Source of the DNA: the human T2T-CHM13v2.0 reference genome, Homo sapiens
Assembly (NCBI RefSeq): GCF_009914755.1
Contig: NC_060930.1
DNA length: 64,000 nt
Strand: one strand, 5' to 3'
Shown: positions 25,083-37,409 of the stretch, piece by piece
Layout: each line of letters opens with the position of its first letter
How positions within the stretch are numbered: position 1 is the first letter of the stretch
Program-made: the position numbers and the translations under genes
Notes under the pieces: model-generated
The model's input: the letters and a program-made list of their open reading frames with translations, nothing else
The model's database searches: none
Told to the model about the DNA's origin: nothing

Positions 25083-27425
25083 GTTCTGGGATTCTGACCT
25101 AATTCTATTGTTGTTACAGAATATGAATTACATAGACACTGAGAGCTTAGATATTGTAAATATCCAGGAAAGGGGGAGAAGAGTTTTTTGAATATGTAGT
25201 CAAGAGATCAACATCACTTCGTTATAGAATGTTTTGACCCTGAGAATGTTCATGACTTTCTGTTCATAAATTTAAATTTTTAAAACTTAATTAACACTGG
25301 TTAGTCTAGTCTTTTCTAGAATTAACCTCCATTCTATACAGAACAGCTAAATTTCACTTTTTATGTCCATCTTAGTTTAATGAGATTAATTTCATTGGAT
25401 GGCTTACATTTTGTATAGCTTTTAAAACAATAATTTAACATATTATTCAACTTTCTGGCGTGAATTAAAATGTTAATGATTATAGCTTCTGTTATTGAAA
25501 TTGCTGTTTCATGAAGTCCAGACTTCTTGGTCAAATATTGGCATGACTGAAATTTTACGAGGAAGATTTAATTCTTCTATCAGTGGTTAGCCACTGCCAA
25601 TTTTGTGTTATTTCTACTAAATCTAGTTTTCTAAAATTGGTGTTGTAATTATCATTGTTGTTAGCAAAATCACATTTGACGTTTTAGCTATTATGAACTT
25701 TATTTTATCTTACTTATTGTTACAAGTAATGCATTTGTTTAGAAATGAATTAACAGCCTGTAGTTTTTATTTATTTCTTACCCAAGCCCTGAGACAATTA
25801 TGATCAATTTCTCTTAGTTCACAGTTTATCCTTTGTCAATATACCATGCCAATCTCAATTCTTTCAGTTCTAACACAGTCAATAGTCAAGTGCCTCTGAG
25901 ACAATTTTTTCCTGTCAAATGTACCGATCTTGTTATCGATCCATTTTGGATTGGGTCTTGCCGATCCTGTTAATGGATTTCTAAAATACAGAGGAGTGCT
26001 CTATTTCAAATTCCATTTGAACGTGACATGTGTATCTCTAACCGAATTGTTTGGTAGTTCATTACTGCTGATTGACCAGACCTGTGGAGGTAACCAAAAC
26101 ACATTTCCTGAATCAATTTAAGTGTTATTATAATTTTTCTAGTATATTAACTGCTAAGGTCTCCAATGAAGCCCTAGCTTATAAGTCGGAATTTAGGCAG
26201 GTGACACAATCATCTCCTTTGCATGAGCAAAATACGTGTTATCAGATGTGCTGTTAACATTTTCTGCTCCAACTTTCACTGAATTGAAAAAAACTAACAA
26301 ATTTAATGTCAGGAGAAATTGAACAGTTGTTTTAATGCCTCTTGTTGAAGTGATGGACATTGATACCATTGTGAAATTTTGTGTAAAGTTCTTATGGCTT
26401 TAAGAATACATCAGTAGGAGGTCAGAAATAATTAAAATTATCTTTCAATGGAAATTTACTAAATCCTTGCTAAAAGAGTTGGCTCTATTTGAAATATTTT
26501 ATGAAGGAGGTCTTTTCATGTGATTGTTGAAGTGAACATGAGGACTACTGGCCAGATCCAAACCAAATAAAAGTTTCCCATATTTGTAGGTCTGAAAATG
26601 TTCTTGAACCTCAGTTTAAAACCATTGATTTTGCTGGAGCTAGAAGAGATTCCTAAAGCTTTACATCACTTTTTATCATTACATCTGGCTTTAGTTGTTT
26701 TTCTTTTGCCTACTCTTATGTGCTCTGATAAACACATATATGAATTAAAGAGTGTTCAAACTTTGTAAGTATCAGTCATGGCAGCAGGAACTCTGGCAAC
26801 AACACTTCCATGAGAATGTTTCTTCACCATCCATAGATCTGATCTTTTCATGGGGAATGTGAAGTCTAGCTTTGCAAGTGTGAAAAAAAGCACTAAAAAT
26901 TGATGGTTTCATTGTCATTTATTTTTGAAAAGCAGAATAAGTGGCCATGATATGATAATTTTCTGTAATTATATTTGATACTCTTGTTGTCCTATATTTG
27001 TGGTTGCTATTCAAATATAAAACTTGAACAATTATGGAGAATTATTTCTATAATTGAACTTAGTCCTGTTCTTGTGTCTGTTTGCTATCAGTTTGCTTAC
27101 TATATGCTATCTGTATACATCACTGGCAGTTCAAAAACCATTAGCAAAGAAAAGATAAACTGTCTGTGTGTAGGGAAGGGAAGAATCATCTCAGAGATCA
27201 ACCTTGTGAGGTCAAAATATCCCACTTTGTTGCCAAACATAGTATAAATTTGGTTGTTAGGCTCAGAAATTCAGAGCCATGCTGCAATTGAAAAATGCTA
27301 TGAATAGCTTAAAAGTTCAAAATATATTGAAAAAATACTGAGTATTGAAATGCTAGTTATTATTTTTGTTTTTATTTTCTCAGAAAAGCTTTCAAGTTTG
27401 TTTTTTGAGATCCCCCTCTCCCAAA

Positions 27426-27428
27426 ACA

Positions 27429-27474
<46 letters not shown>
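27426..27474 (+). repeat. (CA)n microsatellite
   Basis: About 24 CA units with one TA interruption. Confidence 0.95.
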
Positions 27475-27477
<3 letters not shown>

Positions 27478-27790
27478 TATATTCTAAATGCAAACACATG
27501 ATACGTATTAGTTGATTTGTTTCAACTTACTTTACTACCATCCCTATGGATGCATCTGTTCTAGAGAGAGAATGCCTGCATATAAACAAGAGAAATTTAA
27601 CTAAACTTTACAGGATTCCAGTTTTAAGGAGTAATTTGTAAGCAGTTTTTGAGATGTGATTCTTATTTCAGTATGAAGCCATTCTTCTTTTAGTTTCAGT
27701 TTTGTTGTCTAAATCTGAGTGCTTTTACTGTGTTCCCAAATGGTCTGGATCTGTCTTTGACAAGGTACAGCAGGCTTAGGGGGCAGAGGG

Positions 27791-27973
27791 CATTTGTTTA
27801 ACAGGTATTAACTGAGTGCCTGCTCTGTGCCAAACACATTTTTGGGTTTGGGGGAAACAACAGTGAACAAAGTAGACAAAAATCTGCATTCATGGAGCTT
27901 GCATCCATTTGGGGGAAGACAGATGATAATAAGTTACATATATAAATATATATGGTATGGTAATGGCTGAGGA
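27791..27973 (-). repeat. Local duplicate of the L2 3' end at 29741-29919
   Basis: About 87% identical over ~180 bp (hand count), offset 1950 bp. Confidence 0.85.
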
Positions 27974-29734
27974 AGATCCCTCTTGGCAGGGCATTTGGAA
28001 AAGCTGTGGGGCTCCGAGGGCCAGTGCTGTCCCCATCCGTGGGTCATCTGGCAATTGCCCAGTCCTCCTCTAATGCTGCTCAGTCTCAGTTGAGTTGCAC
28101 TACTGACTCTTCTTAAGTCACTTAGAGATGAAGTTGGCACTATTTGGAAAGATCTGTTGCAGCAAAGGGTATGTTTTTCCTTAAGTTATTTGTTTTCCAC
28201 ATATAGTCACAAATTTACTACTATTTATTCAGTACTTGCTACATGCATTGTATGGCTTAATCCCCATCCTGCAAGGTGGGCAGTAGTCACTATCCCATTT
28301 TACAGATGAGTAGATTGTTATTTAGGAAGAGTAACTCATATTATGGGTATATAATACTCCTCATAGCTTTTCTGAAAAAATAAAAGTTAAGTGCTCATGA
28401 TGACTATTTTAGAGAGAGTTGCAAGAGTTTAAAATGATCACTGCTTAAAAGTTAGTAGCAGCATTCTTTTCCCGATTCTCTAGTTTTTAGACCTGCAAGT
28501 AAAGACATGCTTTCAGTATTGCAGGTTTAATGAGACTCTGCTGTCTTTTCCCCACTGATGCCATGCTTCCTGGAGTTGCCATGTGTCTTCACAGCAGGAT
28601 TGAAGGGAAACCCTTTTCTTCTGGATAGTAACAAGCTTTTGCTTTCACTTTGTAGGACCATTTTTAATTTTGGAAAAAGTGTAAGTTGCTCAATATTATG
28701 GTCCCCCAGAGTGAACTTTTAGAGATGGGTCTCGGAAGATCTTAAGACCAAAACATCAAAAGAGAGAGACCAGGGTCCTAAGAGAATATGAGAGTTGTTA
28801 AAATCATGAGCATTTTCCGTAAGCTGCAGAGAGTTTTGAAAGTAATTGCAGTTTATGTTGTTGTCTTAGAACTGAAGAACAGAAACTCTCTTTCTTTGTG
28901 CTCCATTTTCCTGACCAGACCTTAGTGCAAGAATAAAAGGAAAATGAACTGGATTGTTTTCCCTGTGGCACTCATTTTCCTCCCTTCTCTTCACACCTAG
29001 CTTCCAAGTCCTGACCTGTTTCCAGATACTTTTTTTTTGGAAAAGGTTGAGGTTTGAGTAGGAGAAGAGTAGTCTAAATGGGTTTGCACCTACTCCCAAA
29101 AATATGGATTTAAAAATTATTATCTTAATAACAATGACATCCATATAAATAAACTGATTATGAAAGCAATCTGCAAATTGCCAATCAAATATAATTCTCA
29201 CAACAATTCTAAGATAAAAAATAATGGCTGATTTTGTGCTTCTTAGTTCAAATAAGAGTCAGCTGAAGTTTTGAGAGATTGATGCATCTGCTCACAGAGG
29301 TCCTAAGGGCTGGAGCTTGGGTAAGAATTCAGATCCTATGACATTTAGTCCAGTGTTCTTCAGTTCACTATTACTTTCCAATTTTAAGCTGTCATAAGTT
29401 TGAGAGACCATCTAATATATCTCTCTTTGAGATGACAACCTACATGTAAACTCTTAAGTGGTTTGACCTAGAGGAAAGCCATTAGTGGCTAATTGAAAAC
29501 TCTGTGCTTTTTTACATTACCAAAGAAGTGTGAACTTTGATACAGTACCAAAGAAGGGATGAATTTCTGTAGAAAAACATTGACCTTTTTGCACACTAAG
29601 ATTATTTAGGCCACCCCACCTGATACTGAATTTTAACTATTGCAGACGTTTTTAGAAGTTATGGAACACTGTCATTTGTTTTTATTTTCAAAAAGCAGTC
29701 CATTTTCAACATGGAAAGCTGTTAATTTTACTGG

Positions 29735-30862
29735 TTCATGCATTCATTTAACAGGTGTTTACTGAGTGCCTGCTCTGTGCCAAGCACATTTTTAGGTTTT
29801 GAGAAAACAGTGAACAAAGTAGACAAAAATCTGTTTTCATGGAGCTTACATCCATTTGGGGGAAGATAGACAATAATAAGGTATGTATGTAAAATATATG
29901 GTATGGTAATGGCTAAGGAGAAGAATTTGAATTGGAAGGGTAATATAAAGTATGGAAAGGGTAATGAAATTTTAGATGAGATGGTCAGGGAAGTCCTTGT
30001 TGAGAAGGTGACTTTTGAGTAAAGACTGGAAGGACATGAGGGAACAAGCTAGTTAGATATCTGGGGAAGAGCTTCCCAGACAGAAGGAACCAGAAATGCA
30101 AATGCCTGAGCCCAGAGGTGTCTTGGATGTCCAGAAAATAGCAGGAGCCCAGGAAGGCTGGAAAGTACTGGGAGGACAGTGAGAAATGAGATTCTAGAGA
30201 TGAAAGGAGGACTGGTAATTGGAGAAGGGCCCCGCAAACCATTGTAAAGACTTTGGGTTTTACTCCTAGCACAATGAGTCATTTGGGGGATTTTTTAGCA
30301 GAGAAGAAGTGTAATCTGATTTATAACAGCTCTCTGGCTGCTGTAAAGAAGAGACAGTCATAAGTGGGCAAGAACAGAATTAGAGAGATCACTTAGAATG
30401 TAACATCTAGATGCAAGAGAATGGCAACAGTGTCAATAATAAAAGGTGGTAGGATTCTGCATATTTTGAAGTTAGAGCCATCAGGATTTCTGTACTGATT
30501 GGGTGTAAAGTATGAGACAAGAAGTGTTAAAGGTTTGTCATCAATTATGATAGGGAGGGTGCAGTGAGCAGGTGTGGGGGAGGACCAGCAGTTCAGTGTT
30601 GTATTTGGAATGTATAGTATGTATTCATGTCAAGTTGTTGAGTAGGCAATTGAGTATAGGAGTCTGGAGCCTGAGAGAGGTATTGCCAAGCATACACTTT
30701 GAGAGTCATTGTATAGTTGATATTTAAAGCCATGTTACTGGATGAAATCTCCAAGGAATTGAGTATAGATGAAGGAAGAAGAGGACCAAGGACTGAGTGC
30801 TTGGTCACTCCTATATTAAGAGCTCAAGACGAGGAACCAGCAAAGAGATTAAGAAGGAGCTA
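29735..30862 (-). mobile_element. L2 (L2a-like), ~1.1 kb
   Basis: 'cattcatttaacaggtgtttactgagtgcctgctctgtgcc...gagaaggtgacttttgagtaaagac...gtcattgtatagttgatatttaaagccatg'. Confidence 0.9.
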
Positions 30863-31384
30863 TCTGTAGCTAATACAAAAACATTTTGTGTATTACTAGA
30901 TTTAATTCATGTTTCAAATTTCTTTTCATTATGAAACAAATGACATTCAAGGAATCTGAAAAAGTGTGGCCAATGGTTTAGGGAAAACCCAGGAAAATGT
31001 TCATAAATGACAGGGCTTTAACCAAGACAAATCTTAACTGTGTTAAGTAGCAAGACTAAGTGCATGGAGGTTGGGGTGAAAAAGCAATACCACTTCATTT
31101 TTTTTACAGTACTTAAGACCTATGAATTCTAATTTCTTTGGATTTGAACTGGTACTGAAAAATTATTTAAGCTACCATATCTTGATACTGAGTAAAGAGT
31201 ACCTACTCCTTTACTTTACTCTGAGGTCAAGTCCCTTGCTCTCTAACTCACGTTCATATAATTTGGGGAAGGATTGGTTATTTTCTCTCTGATTTGATTC
31301 CCAATTATCTACTTTTCTTCTGGTGCTTGAGTTTAAGAGCATTCTGGTTCTGGTGGAGGGTCTAGACTTGTCATCATAGCCCTT

Positions 31385-31880
31385 ATTCATTTATGTAGCA
31401 AACATTGTCCAGAATCTATCACATATCAAGTTTTGCATTTGACATTGGGGATACAAGTATCAAATAAAGAGCTCTGGCTGCTGTAAAGAAGAGACAAATG
31501 ATACAAATAATACAATTGATAACTGCCTGCCCTGAAAGAGTTCCCATTCATGTGTGAATGAGCAATTATAATATAGGCTGATGTGTGCTATAGTGGAAAT
31601 GACTATTGAGAAGGGATTCGTTAAGCAAACTCAAGGGAGAGAACAAGCAACTTCCTGGTAAGGGTTGAAGAGTACTTCACGCAAGAGATAATACTCAAGC
31701 TTAATCTTGAAGGATCAGAGTTTCTCGGGGACTAAGACAGCAAAAGATATTCCAAGCAGGGAAGCAGTACATGGAAGGGGAACTTAGTACAAAAGAGGAA
31801 GGACAGAGTTTCAAAGACATTTGGTGGATAAAATCAGAAGGGTTAACAGGAGCTGGATCATGAAGGCCATTTTATGCCCC
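31385..31880 (-). mobile_element. Degenerate L2
   Basis: 'ttcatttatgtagcaaacatt...ttggggataca...cctgccctgaaagagtt...gatcatgaaggcc'. Confidence 0.65.
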
Positions 31881-31899
31881 AAGCGGGGTGCTATTCATA

Positions 31900-32026
31900 A
31901 TGCTTTTTGTGTATTTACCCACTGAATTCTGAAACAACCCTCTGAGATGATACAGTATTTATCCAATTTTTGCAGATATGTGTCCTGAGGCATGGAAAGA
32001 TTGAGTGGTTTTTCAAAGTCTTATAC
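31900..32026 (-). mobile_element. MIR, left piece of a split element
   Basis: 'acaaccctctgagat...tttgcagat...ctgaggcatggaaagattgagtggtttttcaaagtc'. Confidence 0.7.
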
Positions 32027-33185
32027 TCTGGGATGTTCCTTAACTTCACCAAGCATCCAAAACCTGGAAGTTAGTAAGAAGAAATGCCAGTTCAGAGTTG
32101 ATAGTAGAGCTGTAATACGTTGTGCTTCTGATGCTGACAATGTTAGTTCATTAGTCTTAACATGCTTCTCCAGTATTTTCTTCTTGAAATTATTAGGAAT
32201 AATAAAACAAATGATAACCATTACAAGTTATTGTTTATTCCTCTCTTGGCACACCTGCTGTCTTCCATCATATCCAATTTGACAAGCACTTTATTATTTT
32301 TTTCGAGTAGTTATTTCCCCTCTTTCCAAAAATTTGAATTTAAAGCCTCTTTGTTAGGTTGGTAAACCTTCTGCCAAGGTGTGATTTATGTGAGACGCCC
32401 TTGTGACCCTTTCCAGCAGTCCACGGCTCAGAAAAAAAGCCTCCATCCTTTAACACCATTCCTGGAACTGACTGTTTACTACGATCATTTTCATCATGTA
32501 ATTATCGCCTTCAGGTTGGACACAGTTTGAATATGTTACTTGTTCACCTGTGTCAGTGAAGTTTTTGGTTCATAACCTATCACTGTAGGTTTCTACTGAG
32601 TGAGTTGCAAAGGGTAGTGTGTGTGGCATGGGACCAGGAAGTTGGTGCACCACCTGAAGAGCCACAGAGGATTTACGTTTGGTCATCTTTACTCTCTGTC
32701 TTGGGGATAACTGGGTTGGGGGGTGATCTACGCACTTGATAATGTATCCTCTCAGGTGTTGTGCAGAGTGAAGTGTTTCTCCATCTGCAGGTCTAGAATC
32801 GTCCCCCACCCACTCTGGGCAAAGTCTTACCTCTTTTGAGTGGCTCTTTTGGTGTATGTAGCTTTTTACTCTGTGTTGCAGTCTCCGTTCACAGCCCTTC
32901 ATTTGGGGCTTGATTCTATGCTACCCATTTTCTTGCCCCATACCCAATCTTGTTCTTTGGGGTGTTGTTTCTGGCCATGGATTATTCATTTTCTTTAATA
33001 AGCTGGTAGAGATATATTCCTCAAGATCTTTCACATTCTTTCCTAGCAACGAGTTTGACTCTAAGTGGCAATAAGATGATTGGGGGCCCATACATCTAGC
33101 AAGGGCATGCCTGAAATGGCATTTATTGTAGACTCTACTGACTTCTAGATTTTGGATGCTTGTGGAAGTTAAATAATATCCCAGA
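32027..33185. other. ~1.16 kb segment bounded by ~70-bp inverted repeats
   Basis: 32027-32095 vs the reverse complement of 33111-33185: ~57 of 68 aligned bases identical, plus one 6-nt gap. Confidence 0.7.
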
Positions 33186-33189
33186 ATGC

Positions 33190-33272
33190 ATACTACTATC
33201 ATCCTGAGGCTTGAACCATGACTGGCTGGACTCCAGAGACACAGTTCTCGGTTACTGTGTTCTGCTGCCTCT
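33190..33272 (-). mobile_element. MIR, right piece of a split element
   Basis: 'ggcttgaaccatgactggctggactccagagacacagttctcggttactgtgttctgctgcctct' matches the antisense MIR 5' end. Confidence 0.65.
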
Positions 33273-34957
33273 CCCAGTTCTTAACATTAAGGACTAGTGA
33301 TTTTGATTTTGCTGATTTTGTTTGATAAGCACTTATTGAGCATCATTTATTGAGTACTCTGTACCAGCTGCCATGGAAGATCCTTGGCATATATAAATCT
33401 GTGCCTTCAAGGGGCATCACTCTTCAGTAGAGTGACTCAAAAGATGGATGTGAATGGCAATGGCTCTGGCTATTGACTTACTTCAAACATTCTTGGCACA
33501 CATAGCCACAGATTAAAGTAAAATAGATGATTTCCATTATAAAATTAAGATGATAGATATAGAGAAACCATCTGAAATAACGTTTACAATTTAAATGAGT
33601 ATTGAACATTAACAGTAAACATGATTAAAACATTTAATTTGAAAATGTGCAGTGTTGGAATTATAATTCCTTAAATTACAGTTAAGGCACAGAAGAAAGC
33701 AGGTGTTGAGACATCAATGTTGATAAATAAGGGCCTTTAAAATAGTCTAAGTCATTTCTAAGAAATGGAAATAAATTTTTTTCATATTATTTAACATATA
33801 GTCAAATAATACATTCTTAAATATGTCTAAACTAAAATAAAATCACAGACATGTACAACTGAATGAATTACTTTACTATTCACTTATGTCTAGATGTTCT
33901 ATTCTTAGGCTCGAATGGGAACATTTCTCTTCATAAGTTTTCATATAATTTATCTTGATAGCATGAATGCAATCTATGAAAAAGATGTATTGTAGGGTTT
34001 GCACAGAGCCCAGAATCCTTCCAGAATGTACTGAGGGAGCTTTGGAGAAAGGCTGGAAAAGTCTAAAGATTTGTGGATGAAATTCAAAAAAGGAAGGGCT
34101 TAATCTGTGCTTTTACAGGAAGAAAAACAACAAAAAAACCAAAATCATACTAGAAGGAGTAAAGAGTTTTCTGCTGTTTGAGGTCGAAAAACTTAGTTAT
34201 GTGTCTTGATAATGGTCTAAACATAAAACTGTCTTGGAGATGGAAAGAACAAATCTGACTTAATAGAAATTCAGCAGTGTGATTTTATCTTGCCAAGAAA
34301 AAGAAACAAAATGAGATTTAGTTGTTTAGTAGAATTGAGTGATGTGGGGAAAATTAGGAGTATGTATAAGATACAATATGAGATGTTAATATACTCCAAG
34401 AAAACACAATAATAACAGAAGTAAAAGTAAAAGAAAACATTTCTGCAAGTTGAAGGCATGATCTAATTTTTCTTTCTTTTAAATTTCTGGCTTCCTTGAA
34501 AGAAGTGTTAACCAGTTTGCTTCTTTGTGCTGTGCAGGACAAGGAATATGCTAAGGATAAGAGACTGGGGAAAGAGCCCTGTGCAAACCCAGGCTAGTGT
34601 TCAAGGACCCCACACTAATGCTCTTTTGACTGGAGCCTAACCTTTGCCAAACAATGTCAATGGTGCAAGTAGAGTGGGTGGGAGAGAAGACCTAGGGAAA
34701 TGACAAGGGATTCAGTCCTGATTGCCAATGGACTGCGCCTAAAGCTATCCATTAAGCCCAAGGGATTTCCTGCAAAGTGCCAGTGGAATGCAGAGCTTCT
34801 GAAAGGAACCTGAACTTACAGCTGGAGTGAATGCTGCCTGAGTTGTGGCTGCCAGCCGGCAGCCTGCCTCATGCTGTGTCCTTCTGCAGAGCAGCCATCT
34901 GCTGAAGCATTAATGAATGTATCTCTCTCATTTTGTTTTGTTTTGTTTTTTTGACAG

Positions 34958-35074
34958 AACAATAGCTTCCATGGTGTGATCTGCATTCCGATGGATTGAG
35001 TCCTTTGCTCACACTTGTGTGTGTCTGTATGAGTGTGTGTGTGTGTGCATGTGTAGGGCTGGGGAGGAGACAGT
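34958..35074 (+). other. Candidate 117-nt non-coding exon
   Basis: Long T tract with gacag acceptor, donor AGT|GTAAGT. Stop codons in all three frames. Confidence 0.25.
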
Positions 35075-37043
35075 GTAAGTCTGAGAACTCTCAGGTGGGG
35101 CCTTGGATGTTTTCAAGAAGGTTAATGTTTTAAGTTTGTTTTTAATTAGAATGTTCAATCAATTTTTCCTCTGGAGACCTGTACCATGGGGCTGCTCCTC
35201 TTTACTCTACATTTTGCATATCTGTTGTCCCCTTTTCCATAGCCTGAATGCTAAAGGATGGATTTGCTTCTTTCAGAAAATGCTGGTGAAGTATAATTCT
35301 GTTAAAATAAAATATTTAAGAGGATTTTTCTTTTTCTTAAATCACCTGACATTAACTTGGCTTGATTAATCCCTTCTTGTTCCTCTTGCCTTGGCTGGTG
35401 TCTGTAAATCCATTTGGCTGCCTTTGAAGCAGTAGCAAGAAGAACCCTCTGTAGCAACTGTCAATATTTCTTTTCCCCGTGGTGTACATCAAACTCGAGA
35501 CTGGAGACAGATTCTTCTTAATTACAAAGGAGAGAAAGAAACACCCCAAAAGACAAATCAAAAACTTTACCAAGAGAGGATTGATTTGGTCTTCAGTCTA
35601 ATCATCCTTAGAAACAGAGAAAATCCTATTTTGCCCATCAATAATGGCCCTGTGTTTATAATTTTTAGCCTACCAGAACTAAAGAAGAACCTAATTTGGG
35701 GAAAAACTTTTGAAGATTGGTTATTGGGCTCAGTGAAGTCATCTAGTTTCTGGTTTTCAACAAAAAATTATTTCAAACAAAATATTACTGAGAACCTTCA
35801 CCTATAAACCAGATACAGTTGTAACTGCTCTGGTTGAAGCAGAGAGAAGCGAGAGAAGTGAGCAGGAAGTGGGCACTGGTCCATGTTCATGGGCTCCACT
35901 GGACAGTCTGTAAAGATACTCATTGAGGGTATTTCTTTTTCTTGACACTGATGGTAGAGAGTAGTTGTTATTGTTTATTTTTATTCTGCCTTTTAACTGT
36001 TTGCATAAATGTTATTTTATATCCCTCATTGGTATCCTTTTCTCTCATCATTTTGGGCTACATTTGGCAGAGAATGTAATAGGTGAGAGCTAAAATCTCT
36101 TCCATTCTAAAATTCAAAGGCAAAATACCTTTACTTTCTTGTGGTTATATGTTGACATTTTCTTACACAGTTGTCACATGACAACCTTATTATTTGCTTT
36201 ATTTTTTATTGAATTTTTTTCTAAATATGGCTTTGTACACATATATATCGACATGTATTTATTTATATACATGTCATATACATAAGAGACATGTTTGTAT
36301 AACTCTTCCATAGTTCTTTCTGAGAGACACATATATCTAGTGGTAGACAGTAATATGGAAAATCTTGAAACTCCTATTTACAAATCCACTTACCAATCCC
36401 CGAAAAAATCATTTTTATAGTCCACTTACCTGTCCAGAAGCATGAACAAAACCTCACCCAGTGTAAAAGTTGTTGTTTCCCATCTGTGGGTCAGCCAGGG
36501 ACCAGAACAGTAGGCCAAAGAAGCAGACATTTGTAGTTACATTTGTATTTGTCTTATAAGTGAATGTTCCAGAGTCCCCAAGTGGTTCTGGACCCCTACA
36601 ATCTGGGAGTATGGGGAGATTCACATCTACAAGTAGGCCCTATATGAAGGTGTCTAAGTAGGTGGGTAACCTGCCATTGTCATAATGGGGCACAAAGCAG
36701 ATAATTTATTGTTAAAACTGGGATCATTTTGAGAGTGATAGAAAGGGAACATGAATGGGATCCTGAAACAACAAGTTACCACCCAGGGCATGTGGTCAAT
36801 CTCCTTGTAATTTTTGCTATCTCCCAGGGTCCCGTGGATGAAGAGAATCTTCAGCCTTATAGATTTCAAAGTATAGTCTTAGGTTGTATAAGCAATTATG
36901 AAGAAAACCTCAGCAACTCCAGAAAAGGAAAGCAGTCATATTTTTGTTAAAGCAAACTGATGCTTTATAGCAATCTTAACAGGTTACAGTGGCTTCATCT
37001 TGATCATGGATTATGAAAGCAGTGCAGTGAGAGAGCCAGTTGA

Positions 37044-37409
<366 letters not shown>

